Source of the DNA: Eledone cirrhosa
Taxonomy: Eukaryota
NCBI GenBank assembly: GCA_964016885.1
Contig: OZ024748.1
Span: 3,162,001-3,226,000 of the forward strand
Direction of reading: 5' to 3'
DNA length: 64,000 nucleotides
Shown here: one piece after another, positions 52,145 through 64,000 of the stretch
Layout of the letters: each line of letters starts with the position of its first letter
Position numbering within the stretch: position 1 is the stretch's first letter
The notes under the pieces: generated by a model
Database searches by the model: none
Told to the model about the DNA's origin: nothing
The model's input: only the letters and a program-made list of their open reading frames with translations
Position numbers and translations under genes: made by a program

Positions 52145-54275
52145 AATGTTTAGTCAAGATTTTCAACATTCTGGGGTCAACTTTCCCTATCTTCAAATTA
52201 GAAATTATTAATTTTACTTGTTTCAAACCTTAGAATACGGCCATACTAGAGCACTGTATCCAGTGATTTTAGTCAATGATCTTGAACTCTTTTTTTTTTT
52301 ATCGATTTCTGTTTGTCAAATGGCTAAGTTCATGCACCCATTAAGGCAGGATTTCCCAAACTTTTTCAAACGCGGAATCCTTTTTGGTTCAGAAATTTTT
52401 TGGGGAACCCCAATACTGTTATATGGTCGTAATATAAATATACTCCTCCACTTTTTTCACGGAACCCCAGGCACTCCTTTGTGAAAGTGGGAGTTTGGTT
52501 CCTTTGTGTTCGGACCTGATGTATATGTATATACTAGCTGTCACGCCCGGCTAGGTATACCTGCGACCACCACTCCACTGCAAAGATGTCACACACCCTC
52601 CCGTGTCACATTGTCCTCCCGACTTCGTAGCAAAGGGGAGGAGCTACTGTAGAAATGAGTTTAAAAAGAAAGAGTTAAGCTGTATTGTTAATATACGTAC
52701 ATACGACCCTCAGCTTTATAAGTATAGATGTGTTTGTGTATGTGTGTTTGTGTCTGTGTGTTTTGTTTTGATGTGTGCGTGTGTCACTTATGCGAGCGAC
52801 AACAGATGAAAGATATACCACGGAAATGAACGTTATTTTTCAATCACCGCTACATTTGATCATACACATTGTTTATTTCAAAATTATTTTAATGCCGATA
52901 CTTGATTTAACGTCATTGGAAACCGGTCACTTGCTGGTCCCCCCTCTCTCTCTATGTGTATATATTGAAGGGAGATACGGAAACTAAAACAGTGTTGTCA
53001 TAGAGAGTGAAGAGCGACAGAGCGAGTAAAGCAATTAAATTATAGAGAGGGGGAAGAGCGACGGAGAGAGTAAAGCTAAGAAATCATAGGGAGGTGTGTA
53101 GGATACATACATATGACGCTCAGCTTTATAATATTATATATAGAATTACTGCACCCCAGCATTTATTTTTTTTTTTTCTTTTCAAGACTTTGGAAGAAAG
53201 CGAGAAAAGGATTACTTTACAACACCCAAGAAATGGGGTTTACTAATTAGGGATAAACGGGGGAGGAAACTCGTTGGGATTTTATTTTATTATCTTTTTT
53301 TTTCAACGAACGTGAATTACGACTTTTATTTAATTATAAGATTGTTACTTATCATACAACTTTTGCCAATGTGGTTACATAGGAATGCTTGTATATTGTA
53401 TCATCACTTGTATAACTGTGTTTCCTTTATTGTAGCAAAATAAATTCACTCCAATCCTTTGTCATTCCTGATGGTGGAACTCTTCACTGGTTGAGCCCTA
53501 TCGCTTACCGTTTGTGGGTATGTTCGGAAGTGTAGCCAAAGTCACCACGCTTGGCTGGTTGCCGGTTGGTGAGGCTATTTAACCCATAGAAAATATACTT
53601 ATTGGCAATAATTAGTAGATGAAATGCTTTGTAGTGTTTAACTACAACTTTCTACTTTCTGAGTTCAAATCCTGTTGAGGTTGATAAAATAAAGTACCAG
53701 GCGCGTACTGGGTGACTGTATAATCGACATTACAGTCGCTCTCCCCTCTCCTTGCACAAATTGTTGGACTTGTGCCTAAAACAGAATCGTTACAACATTG
53801 GACAAAATGACTCTTTTAGTATTTGTTCCAGCCCTTTTCGCTTCATGTTCAAATAAGACCGAAGTTAACTTTGCCTTAATTCTCAACCAAAAATTGCTGT
53901 CCTAGTTCTTGCTATGGCCCTTGACGATTTAAGTTCAAATCCCGCCGAATTTAGCTTTGCCTTTCATTGATAAAATAAAGAACCAGTCAAATACTGGGTC
54001 GATTTTAATTGATTTTCCCCTCTCCCCAAAATTGTTGGCCTTGTACCTAAATCAGAAACCATTATTACTATTGTTTAATGTTGGTTATCCTTGTAGATTA
54101 TTTTATAACAGTGTGAGTGTGTCCGTGAAATATATACATATACACCAGGTCCAAACACAAAGGAACCAAACTCCCACTGTCACTGCCTCCATTTCTCCCT
54201 TTTTGGTTATTATATTCTACTTTTTCATTAATTAATTTTTTTATTATTGTTGTTTTTTTTTGTTTTTTCCCAGTT

Positions 54276-54564
54276 ATGAGTACAGGCAAAGCTGCAATCA
54301 ACATGGCTACAGGTGAAATTAGCTTCAGGCATTCAGATTTTGCAGTAATTGTATTCCCTTCTATGCCCGAAACTTATCCCACTGATGCCCATATTGAGTG
54401 TCTTTATACGATCACATCAGAGTATAAGCCAACAAAAAGAGATTGGGTTGGTTTATATAAAGTGGGCTGGACCTCCTCCAATAACTACCTCTATTATGAG
54501 TGGAGTGCTTCTCTCAACAACTATGAAGAAGGCAAAGATTTTGAAGGCCACATACTTTTCCCAG
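54276..54564 (+). CDS. TAX1BP1: TAX1BP1/CALCOCO-family autophagy receptor, coding exon 1 (SKICH domain)
   Basis: Acceptor cccag at 54273, ATG 54276; V.F...P..Y and DWVGLYKVGW SKICH motifs; CAG|GTAAGT donor. Orthology to TAX1BP1 versus CALCOCO1/2 is inferred. Confidence 0.88.
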
Positions 54565-56413
54565 GTAAGTTTCCAATACTTTATTATTTATCACCAGAGC
54601 CTATGAGAGGGGTGTCCAGTCGGTACTTTCCTCCGGGGCCCAAGAGCTAAGAAGGCCCCACAACAAACCATGCAACACCCATTTTGAGAAAATTCTTTGC
54701 CTGCTTTGGGCCCCAGAGAGGTCTTGTACCGCCTTGCAAAATTTCTCTTGGCAGCCCTTATCATTATCACCATCACCATCACTGCAATTGTTTAAAAGTC
54801 AGCATGGGTTTGACAAGTTGTCACCTGCTGAGGCTGGACCAGTCAGGTGACAATGTCCTGCTTGTAGGTTTTGTTTTGATTTGGTTTCTATAGCTGTATA
54901 TACCCTTCCTACCACCAAGCACATTATAGCATGGACTGTGATCATGGTTTCTACCACTGGATACCTTTCTTTACTCATTATTTCTAAGGCTGTATTCCTT
55001 TCCTAACACAGTTTCTACAGCTGGATTCCTTTGGAATACAGTTATCCCAAAGCAAATGACCATAATAATAATAGTTATTTACAGTGATCGACTATTTATT
55101 TGGTCATTTGCATAGGGATAAGTACATTTAATTAATATGTAAATATATATCAAGTTAAAAAACAGTTAGACACATTAATCCCCTACAAATTTTATAGGGG
55201 ATTAATGTGAGTCTTTAACTCTGTTTTATAATTTGATATATTGGTTCCTGATTCATTTCTATATGTCAGTAGAGCTTCTTAAGTTGTATGGTTCTCGGCT
55301 GCTGTTTTAGTGGTCTTTTTGTCTATCCACACCACCATGGACTGTATAGCGCGCATGTTTTCTCTTTTCACCATGTGCGTATACTAGTTATCTGATATAT
55401 TTTTAGAAGTGTAGATCGTATTGTTGATCCACCTGTTAATAAGCCATCAACGGTATGATTCTACACTTTATTTGTGGCAAAACATGCTTACTACATGTCC
55501 AGGTGTTGTAGTTATAAATGGATGGTCTGTACATTTTAATTTATTCATTTAATCTGGTGGTATTCTATCCCCTATAATTGAACGCATACCTCTTTGTGTA
55601 TTTTTCTCTATATACTGTTATATATATATATATATATTTTTATTGGTCCACACTGTAAATGTGGTTGGTGTTAGGAAGGGCATCCAGCCATAGAAAACCT
55701 GCCAGATAGTCCTATATGAGCGAGACACGGTCACCCGACCAACCTTGCCTCAAGTGGGACAACTCCCGTCTAACCCATGCTAGCGTGGAAAGTGGACGTT
55801 AAACGAGGATGATGATGATCATCATCATCATCATTTTTATGTCTGCTTTTCCATGGTTACATGGGTTGGACATATATATATACACACACTGGTATTCATA
55901 TGTTTATGTTAGGGCTAATAATGTTGTTAGAACTCCATGCAGTCTTGAAGAGTTGATTGCAGTGACAGCTATAGTTTGTGTAGTAGGCTTTTATCACATA
56001 AGGTTCCATCGAAGATTCTAATTGAGCTACAGAGTCTTCTCCTTCTTCACCCAGTTATTCCTGAGAGGGTCGTGGAGGAAGAGTCCTCAAACACTCCTTC
56101 CAGTGGGTCCTGTCAGAAGCAACCGTCTCCAACTGATCTGGTTGGATTGCCAAACTCTTGGATGTTATCCACCCATCTTGCTCGGGGATCTTCTGCCGGT
56201 TTGTTTTGCCCAAGCTACAGAGTCATATATTTATAATCAACTTTTCCATGGTAGCATGTGTTTGATCGGACCTTTTTGAGACAATGTTTTACAACCCTTA
56301 TTAACACCAACCAAACCTTTTTAGTCAATTCTTATAGTATGAAGATTACAGTGGTCTACCTTTTTCTAAACCGTTTATTTATTTTATTTTTTTTTTAACA
56401 TCTTTTTTTGCAG

Positions 56414-56640
56414 CTCATCAAATGCCTGGGGATGATGGAGAGTTTTACCAGTTCTGCTATGTTGCATCAACAGGACAGGTAAAAGGGGCAAGTACACCAT
56501 TCCAGTTTAAGAAGCCACGAGCTGATGACTTTATTGAGATGTTAGACGATGAGAATGATATGTTGGTAATACACTCCAAGACATTTGTGTTGGAAGAAAA
56601 CCTAAAGAAGGCACAGATAGAGAAAAAGGATCTGACAGAG
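56414..56640 (+). CDS. TAX1BP1: TAX1BP1-like exon 2 (end of SKICH: EFYQFCYV...GASTPFQF; DMLVI LIR-like motif)
   Basis: 227 nt, phase 1 to 0, AG/GTAAG. Confidence 0.9.
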
Positions 56641-56727
56641 GTAAGACATTTAAGTGGTAAATTCTTTTAGACAATGTCATTAAGCGGACGTAAAATGATG
56701 ATGACGATGATTTCTAATGAGAAGACA

Positions 56728-57045
56728 CATCATCATTATCGTCATCACCACCACCATCACCACTATCATTACGTCACCACCACCATTACCATCATTGTCA
56801 CCACCACCATCACCATTGTCACCACCACCATCATTATCGTCATCACCACCACCATCATTGTCGCCATCACCACCACCATCATTGTCACCATCACCACCAC
56901 CATCATTGTCATCATCACCACCACCATCATTGTCATCATCACCACCACCATTGTCATCATCACCACCACCATCATTGTCATCATCACCACCACCATCATT
57001 GTCATCATTACTACCATCATTGTCATCATCACTACCATCAACAAC
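56728..57045. repeat. (ACC/ATC)n trinucleotide-derived tract in TAX1BP1 intron 2
   Basis: Direct inspection; source of poly-T/I, poly-P/S and poly-V/M pseudo-ORFs. Confidence 0.92.
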
Positions 57046-57933
57046 ATCGTTTTACACCTATTTTTCATGGGTTAGACAGCTTGTCCTGTACTAAACAGGT
57101 TAGTCAGATGATACTGTCTTGTTTATATGTTCTATTTTGTCATGGCTGGATGTTCTTCCTAATGCTAGCCATACCACAGCTTGAACCAAATTCGTTTTCT
57201 CGTGGTACCAGCACTACCACCTGACAGGGTGGACGAGTGCTTTTTTTTTTTGTTGGTTTTTGTGGCACCAATACTTCCACTTTACTGTGTAGCCTGTAAT
57301 TTTGAAAGAATCAATAATTTCATGGGATTTAGTAAAATAACCAACTTTTTTCATTATTAACTCTTTAGCATTTAAACTAGCCATATCCGGCCAGAATTCT
57401 CTCACCTCTTTCTGTTGAAACTGGTCCTAGCTGGCTACTGATACTGACACTAAATAAATAAGATCATCGAAATCTCATAGATTCCATATTATGAGAGGTA
57501 AAGCCTTTACCATGAAAATATAATAGTAGAGTAATGTAAATGCTTAAGGGTTATGTTGCTGTTTGGAGCATAACTTCACAACGATTCTTAAACAAAATGA
57601 TGATAAAAAGTTTTAAAATCCGGTTTAGAATATTTTGTGTCATAATTTTATGTAAAAAAATTTCTTTAACCTATATTTCAATCTAGCTATGTTGAATGTT
57701 AGGTGTCCATGTTTCAAAGACCAGCTTTGTGTGCGTGTCTGTTTATGTCTCCCTATATTTGTCTGTGTGTCTCACTGTATCTGTTTATGTTTCTATATCT
57801 GTCTGTGTATGTATGTGTACTCCGTTTTGAAGTTATTGTGCTTGTGTTTTGTACTTGTCAAGAATGTTTTGATAATGTGGTACAGGACAGTAAGAGTGAA
57901 AAAGAAAAACTTTATTTATTTTTTTATTTTCAG

Positions 57934-58143
57934 ACTCTTGTAGAATGTAGAGAAAGAATGTTTTCACTAGATACAAAAATTTCCCAACAAGAAAAAGAAA
58001 TTGCAGAAGAACAGAAAAGTAAAATGGCTGTGACTGACGATCTAAGAAGAGCTTGTATTAAAATTGAAGAAACAGAGAAGGAACTGTCAGATTCTTCAAC
58101 AAACGTCGAGCAATTATTGTCAGATTTAGAATCTGTTAACAAA
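57934..58143 (+). CDS. TAX1BP1: TAX1BP1-like exon 3 (coiled coil)
   Basis: 210 nt open, ttttcag/GTGAGT, E/K-rich heptads. Confidence 0.85.
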
Positions 58144-59024
58144 GTGAGTTTCCATTCATCTGAAGATCTGCTGTAAATTTTGGCACTACCCTATCCTCTT
58201 AACCCTTTTTAAACAAAACCAGCTGAAACCATTCTGGAGTTATAAAAGAAAACAATGTTTTTAAATATTTATACTTATATTAAGACCTTCCCTCATGATT
58301 TTATTTTAGAAATGATTGTTAAGTAATATTCTAAATCAGTGGTTCTCAACTTTTTTTTACCCATGGACCACTTTTACTCTTTTCTTCTTTTTTTTGGTGG
58401 GCCCCCATAACCATTTGATGAAAAAAAACTTATTTTATTTTTTATTTTATTTATAGATAAGTTTAGGAATTGTATTATAGAAATAGTAAATGTATATGTT
58501 TTATTTTGAAGCAAAACTAATCTAATGATTACTTGTATTTAATGAAAAACTTCATGTTAACTTATTGAATTTCTCAGAATTTTTTGGCTATTTGGAAAAT
58601 TAATTGAAACAGAGAGCTAGAGCCACTACTTCTCCAAGTTGAGAGATCACAACTCTGATACTATGGACATGTAGTTAGAATAACTCCAGGCTCTACCTGG
58701 AGTGACTTTCTGATCTCCAAGTTACACACTCTATCGAGTAACGTAATTCCAAAGACCCTTCCGCTATAATCACATGCCCATAGTATCAGAGCTGTGATCT
58801 GTCAATTCAGGGAAGTAGCAGCTCTACCTGGAGTGACTCTCTGATCTCCAAGTTACACACTCTATTGAGTAACATAATTCCCAAAACCCTACAGTCTAGA
58901 ACACTGTCAAAACTGACAGTGTTCCATTCCAATCTTTTATCTGGTTGACATGTTTTGTTTTTTTGTCCCCTCCCCCCTTCATATTTACTGCAATGTTATT
59001 ATATCTTATTCTCTTTACTTTAAG

Positions 59025-59168
59025 GAAAATCTGACATTGAAGGATCAGCTGGACAAACAGACACAAGAGATTGCAAGCCTCAATGAAAATATAAAATCAT
59101 TACTCAATGAGAAAGATGCTGCAGCTGGAAAATGTAAATTATTAGAAGAAGAGAAAGAGATGTACAAG
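59025..59168 (+). CDS. TAX1BP1: TAX1BP1-like exon 4 (coiled coil)
   Basis: 144 nt open, AG/GTAAAT, phase 0. Confidence 0.82.
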
Positions 59169-59607
59169 GTAAATTATATGTTCTGGGTACAACAACAACA
59201 ACACAACACACGTGTATGTTTCATCATCATCACCGTTTTACGTCCGTTAGCATGGGTTAGACGGGTTGTCCTGTTGTGGGCAGTGTCCAGTCGGCTGACC
59301 TTGCCTTATTCATACAGGAACCGATTCTGGCTTGATTTCTACAGCTGGATGCCCTTCCTAACACCAACCTCATTTACAGTGAGTGCTGGGTGCTTTTTTT
59401 TCCGTGGTACCTCCACAACCACTTTGCAGTGGAATGATAGGGACCCCGGTCCTATCATCTCATTTCTACAGCTGAGTAAACTGGAGCAATGTGAAATAAA
59501 GTGTCTTGCTCAAGGAAACAACGCATCACCCGGTCTGAGAATTGAACTCACAACCTTTCAATTGCAAGGCCAATGCTCTAACCACTAAGCCAAGTGTCTC
59601 CATTGTG

Positions 59608-59668
<61 letters not shown>

Positions 59669-60226
59669 GTATGTATGTATGTATATATATATATATACAA
59701 TGTGGTCTACCTTTCGTGGTAGGGTCTATACCGTAGTTAGAACTCAATGTAATCCGTTAGCAAGTAATTCAGTGAGATCCAGAGATTCCATGTTTCACTG
59801 AGTCAATCCTTCAGATACAGAGTCTGATATATTAGATATAGTTTAACAATAATAATAACAAAGGCAAGTTATTTTACATATTCATTTCATTGTTTTATGA
59901 TCATTTTGGAGGGTTGATCATATTGATATATTGACTAATCTATAGCAGTTAGAGAACTGTATCATATCAAACATAATATATGGGTTCTATCATACCCTCT
60001 TCTATATATGTGTGTTGGACCTCCATTGGTTCTATCATGAGCAATGAAACAACCGGCTGATGGAATTAACCTAATGGCTATCTTTTTTAGTGTTTTCTTT
60101 ATATGTAAACACACAGAGTGATAGACACATATCATCTGGTTAGAGCATCATAGATAGTGCCTCTTCAGCCTATTCAAACTAAAGAGTTAATAAAATGTAA
60201 TTTCTTGCTATTTTCTTTTTATTCAG

Positions 60227-60394
60227 TCCCAGCTTTCTAATCGGGAAAGATCTGTGTTTGAAACCCAAGAAGAGACAGAGAAGTTACGCCAAAACCTGAA
60301 AGACATGACACTAATCAGAGACCGATATGAGCAAGAGCTTGTTGCAGTGCAAAGAAAGGCTCAGAGTAAAGATCCATTATTACTGTCCAAAAAG
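60227..60394 (+). CDS. TAX1BP1: TAX1BP1-like exon 5 (coiled coil)
   Basis: 168 nt open (SQLSNRE...LLSKK), ttcag/GTAAAC; not in ORF track. Confidence 0.82.
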
Positions 60395-61324
60395 GTAAAC
60401 AATTATTATTGGAGGTATGTGGCCTAGTGGTAAGGGTATTAAACTCCACAATCATAAGGTTGCAGGAGACCTGGCCAGTGTGTGTATTATGTTCTTGAGC
60501 AAGATTAGCTTTGCCTTTCATCCTTACGTGGTCAATAAAATAAAGTACCAGTAATGCACTGGGGTTGATTTATTCAACTTTCCCCCTCTCCCAAAATTGT
60601 TGGCCTTGTGCCTAAAGTAGAAATCATTGTTATTAGAGTGATGGGTTGGTAGTCGTTAGAGCATCAAACAAAATGCCTTTGTAACATTTGTTCTTGCTCT
60701 TTACATTCTGGGTTCAAATCCTGCTGAGGTTAGCTCTGTCTTCCATCCTTACGGGGTCAGTAAAATAAAGTATAGGTCAAGTATTGGGATAATCGATTTT
60801 CCTCTCCCCAAAATTGTTGGCCTCATGCTTTTTCGTATTTGTTCTGAATGTGAAGGCGTGTGGTTTAGTGGTTAGAGAATTGGATTTGCAATTGTGAGAT
60901 TGCAAGGTCGATTCCTGGACCGGGAGATGTGCTAGTCCTTCATCAAGACACTTTATTTCACATTGATTTTTCTGCCAGGAATTGTGACTGGTAGATAACA
61001 TCAGCAATTGGAAAGCCAATGGAAACATTGCTTCCTTGGTCCAATTTTACTAGTTCAACTTCACTCGCTTAAGCAAATGAGGTCTAGGATCTTGTTGATC
61101 TATATATAAAGAATGTTTTAAATTAAAATTCTGTTATCACCCAAGAAACCTCGTATGAAATGTAACTTTATAGTAACCTAGGTAGTTGTGGGACGTTACA
61201 ACACCTAATAGTAAGTCTTGGAAATCTAAAAAAAGGAAGTGGGGTAGGCATTTTTTGTTTTTGTTTTATTTGTCATTCTCTTCAATTAAAAAAAAAATTT
61301 ATTTTTTTATTTTTTATTTTAAAG

Positions 61325-61462
61325 GAAGAAATAACCAGACTTAGAGAAAAATTAAGAAATTCCGAGGACAAGCTATCAGCGGCCGAAAGCACCAAAGATA
61401 TGTTACAGAAAGAACTGTCAGCATACGAAGTGACTCTTACAAAAATGTCTGCTGACCTGGAG
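61325..61462 (+). CDS. TAX1BP1: TAX1BP1-like exon 6 (EEITRLREKLRNSEDKLSAAE...)
   Basis: 138 nt open, long polypyrimidine tract + AG / GTAGGT. Confidence 0.82.
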
Positions 61463-62079
61463 GTAGGTTTTATTAACATATCCAATCCTACACTGTAAAT
61501 GTGGTTGATGTTAGGAAGGGCTTCCAGCTGTAAAAACCCTGGCCAAATTTACTGTCCCGTCGGAGCAAGCTACGGTGTGACCAATCCTGGCCAGGCTTGT
61601 CTCATGATGTGGACGGCCTGTCTAACCCATTCAAGCATGGAACAATGGATGTTAAATGATGATGATTACTCTATATATAATATTGTATTTTTGTAGTAAA
61701 GGCTTTATCTCACATAATATCAAATCTATGAGAATTTGCTAATTTTATTTTGAGAGCAATACCTTAACATCAGTATGGGCAGCCAGTTTGAAGAGAAAGA
61801 GGTGAGAGAATTCTGGCCAAAAACAACTGGTTTAAATGCCATAGGGTTAATCGCTCTATCCAAAATGTTATTCCACCTTTACTGCAAAAATATAATAGTA
61901 AATCTACAGTAATGTAAATGGTAAAGGGTTAAGGCCAAGAGACAGGCAGGGAAAAACTTGAAAAATGGGGGTAGCAATGCTGTTAGCATGGAAAAGTTAC
62001 CATAAAAACAATGATGATAATCAGTAAAACCTTATATGTGTCTGATTTTGATTGATTTTTTTTTTCTTTTCATAATTAG

Positions 62080-62187
62080 GCTGCCCGAGGTGAGCCAATT
62101 ACTTTGAAGGCTCAACTTGACAAAATTACTAAAGATTTTGAGGACTTCAAAGCACATAAAACGGAGGAGATTGACAAACTTACAGAG
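62080..62187 (+). CDS. TAX1BP1: TAX1BP1-like exon 7 (coiled coil)
   Basis: 108 nt open, ttag/GTAATT. Confidence 0.8.
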
Positions 62188-62234
62188 GTAATTATGTATT
62201 TTATTTTATATTATAGCTTTTTCTTATTTGTGTC

Positions 62235-62420
62235 TGGCTTTAAGGATATTCCAAAGGTCCAACCTTCCAAGTTCTTTTTAAAGGACTTTGAAAAACTGAA
62301 GGATCAAGTGCAATAAGTGTGTGAATCTGAGAGGGGAATATGTTGAATAAAATCATAATTAACTGAGCCTCCTGTATTTTCTTTTACCCAAAGCCAGGAA
62401 CTTTTCACCACCCCCTTGTA
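62235..62420 (+). mobile_element. Decayed mariner 3' end with TIR
   Basis: ...KCVNLRGEYVE* (compare KCIDLDSNYVEK* at 369), then GGAACTTTTCACCACCCCCTTG-TA. Confidence 0.75.
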
Positions 62421-63769
62421 TGTCCCCATTTAACCCTGTAACATTTACATTACTCTATATTTATTATATTTTCAAGGTAAAGGCTTTACCTCACATAATA
62501 TCTAAACTGAGATTTTGATATTATTTATTTTGAGAACAATACCTTAATGTCTGTATGAGCGGCCAGTTACGGCCGGTTTGAACAAAAAGAAGTGAGAGAA
62601 TTCTGGCTGGATACGGCCGGTTTAAATGCTAAAGAGTTAAAGTTTATGTTGTATTTAACTAATTTCTCTTGAAGAACATAATAAAATGGTTGTAAATATT
62701 TTATGAATCTCGAAGAACTAATAAGGACCAGTGCCTTGTTTTATATATTTTAAACTATTGAGCATGTTTCCCAGTTTTTAGAATTGGTACACCATATCCC
62801 TGCATATTGTCAGAGGAGACTAAATGTGTTGGCATCAGGAAGGGCATCTATCTGGCTATAAAATGTGTCTCAAAATATCCAAGCCATGCCAGCATGGAAG
62901 AGTGGACATAAAAACGATGATAATGATGATGAGTCAGATAAGAACGGCAATAGTTATAAGACTGAATCATCATCATCATCATCACCATTTTATGTCCGTT
63001 CTTCCACGCTAGCATGGGTTAGACGGGTTGTCATGTTGTGGGCAGTGTCTGGTTGGCTGCTCATACGGGAACTGATTCTGACTTGATTTCTACAGCTGGA
63101 TGCCCTTCCTAACACCAACCTTTACAGTGAGTCCTGGGTGCTTTTTTTTTCCGTGGCACCATCACGTCTACTTTACAGTGTGGGCTGGGTGCTTTTTTGC
63201 CGTGGCACCTCAACGACCACTTTGCAGTGGGAGGGTGTGGGGGGCATATTGTCTATATGCTTCAGCTTCAGCTTGTACTCGTGGGGGGTCGGGTCTTCTG
63301 TATTACTGCGTGACTCCTTTGAGAGGTGTAATTGGGTAAGGTCGGCTTTTATCACCTCATCCCAGGTCTTCATGGGTCTCCCCACCTCCCTTAGAATTAT
63401 ATTTAGGATGCACGTGTCTGTGAAATGCTTAGCCTCTTACACATAAATTTGAAGAGCAGACTGTGCCATTAATGCATTAACTGGAACATTTGTCTCTGGA
63501 ACCGATGGAGAATTATTTCTACTGTAGGCACTAGGCCAAAAATTTGGGGAAGGGAAAGTCAATTAAATCAACCCCAGTGCATTACTGGTACTTTATTTTA
63601 TCAACCCTCATAAGGATGAAAGGCAAAGCTAACCTTGGCGTGATTTGAACTCAGAATGTGACTCTATGCTGTGAAGCCTGATGTTTGATGCTGCCAATCC
63701 ACTGTTAAAAATATATTGAAAGGATTAAATAAATGTCATACATGAGTGTGTGTTTTTGTTCACTTTCAG

Positions 63770-63928
63770 GAGAGTGACAGCTTGAAGAAGGAAGCAGACA
63801 GCCTAATACACCCACAGTCAATATACTGTTTACAGAAGGTTTTAGAAACTTTACAGGAAAGATATGGTAAACTTCTGAAACAGAATGAAGAAATATCATT
63901 ACGCAACAAGGAGTTAACTAACGATGTT
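63770..63928 (+). CDS. TAX1BP1: TAX1BP1-like exon 8 (coiled coil); gene continues beyond window
   Basis: 159 nt open, tttcag/GTAAGT, no stop reached. Confidence 0.78.
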
Positions 63929-64000
63929 GTAAGTATAAGTATTCAATTATATATGTGTGTGTGTGTGACAGCTAGATCCGAACTAAAGCGCTGGTGTTCA

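Noticed and set aside
56674-57094. Mucin/extensin-like ORFs
   Set aside because: Intronic trinucleotide tract open in several frames

Overview
AT-rich, microsatellite- and transposon-dense eukaryotic (animal) DNA. The SINE/RTE/CR1/(TA)n landscape suggests a mollusc, probably a coleoid cephalopod; this is inference only. Two spliced genes could be reconstructed by hand with GT-AG junctions and consistent phases. (1) A complete 9-exon NAD-dependent glycerol-3-phosphate dehydrogenase (GPD1/Gpdh) on the minus strand, 30376->4860, 356 aa, with an open in-frame 90-codon N-terminal extension. (2) The first 8 coding exons of a SKICH + coiled-coil autophagy receptor (TAX1BP1/CALCOCO-like) on the plus strand, from 54276, running off the window. 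The rest is mariner, piggyBac-like and hAT-like MITEs, RTE/CR1/RLE-type LINE fragments, tRNA-SINEs and TE-derived tandem arrays. The most notable unannotated signal is about ten type I hammerhead-ribozyme motifs of several families, probably from Penelope-like elements. They include one with a U3-A8 core variant and one three-copy family with stem I covariation. Several long fold-back palindromes are also present. Most short ORFs in the track are microsatellite artefacts.
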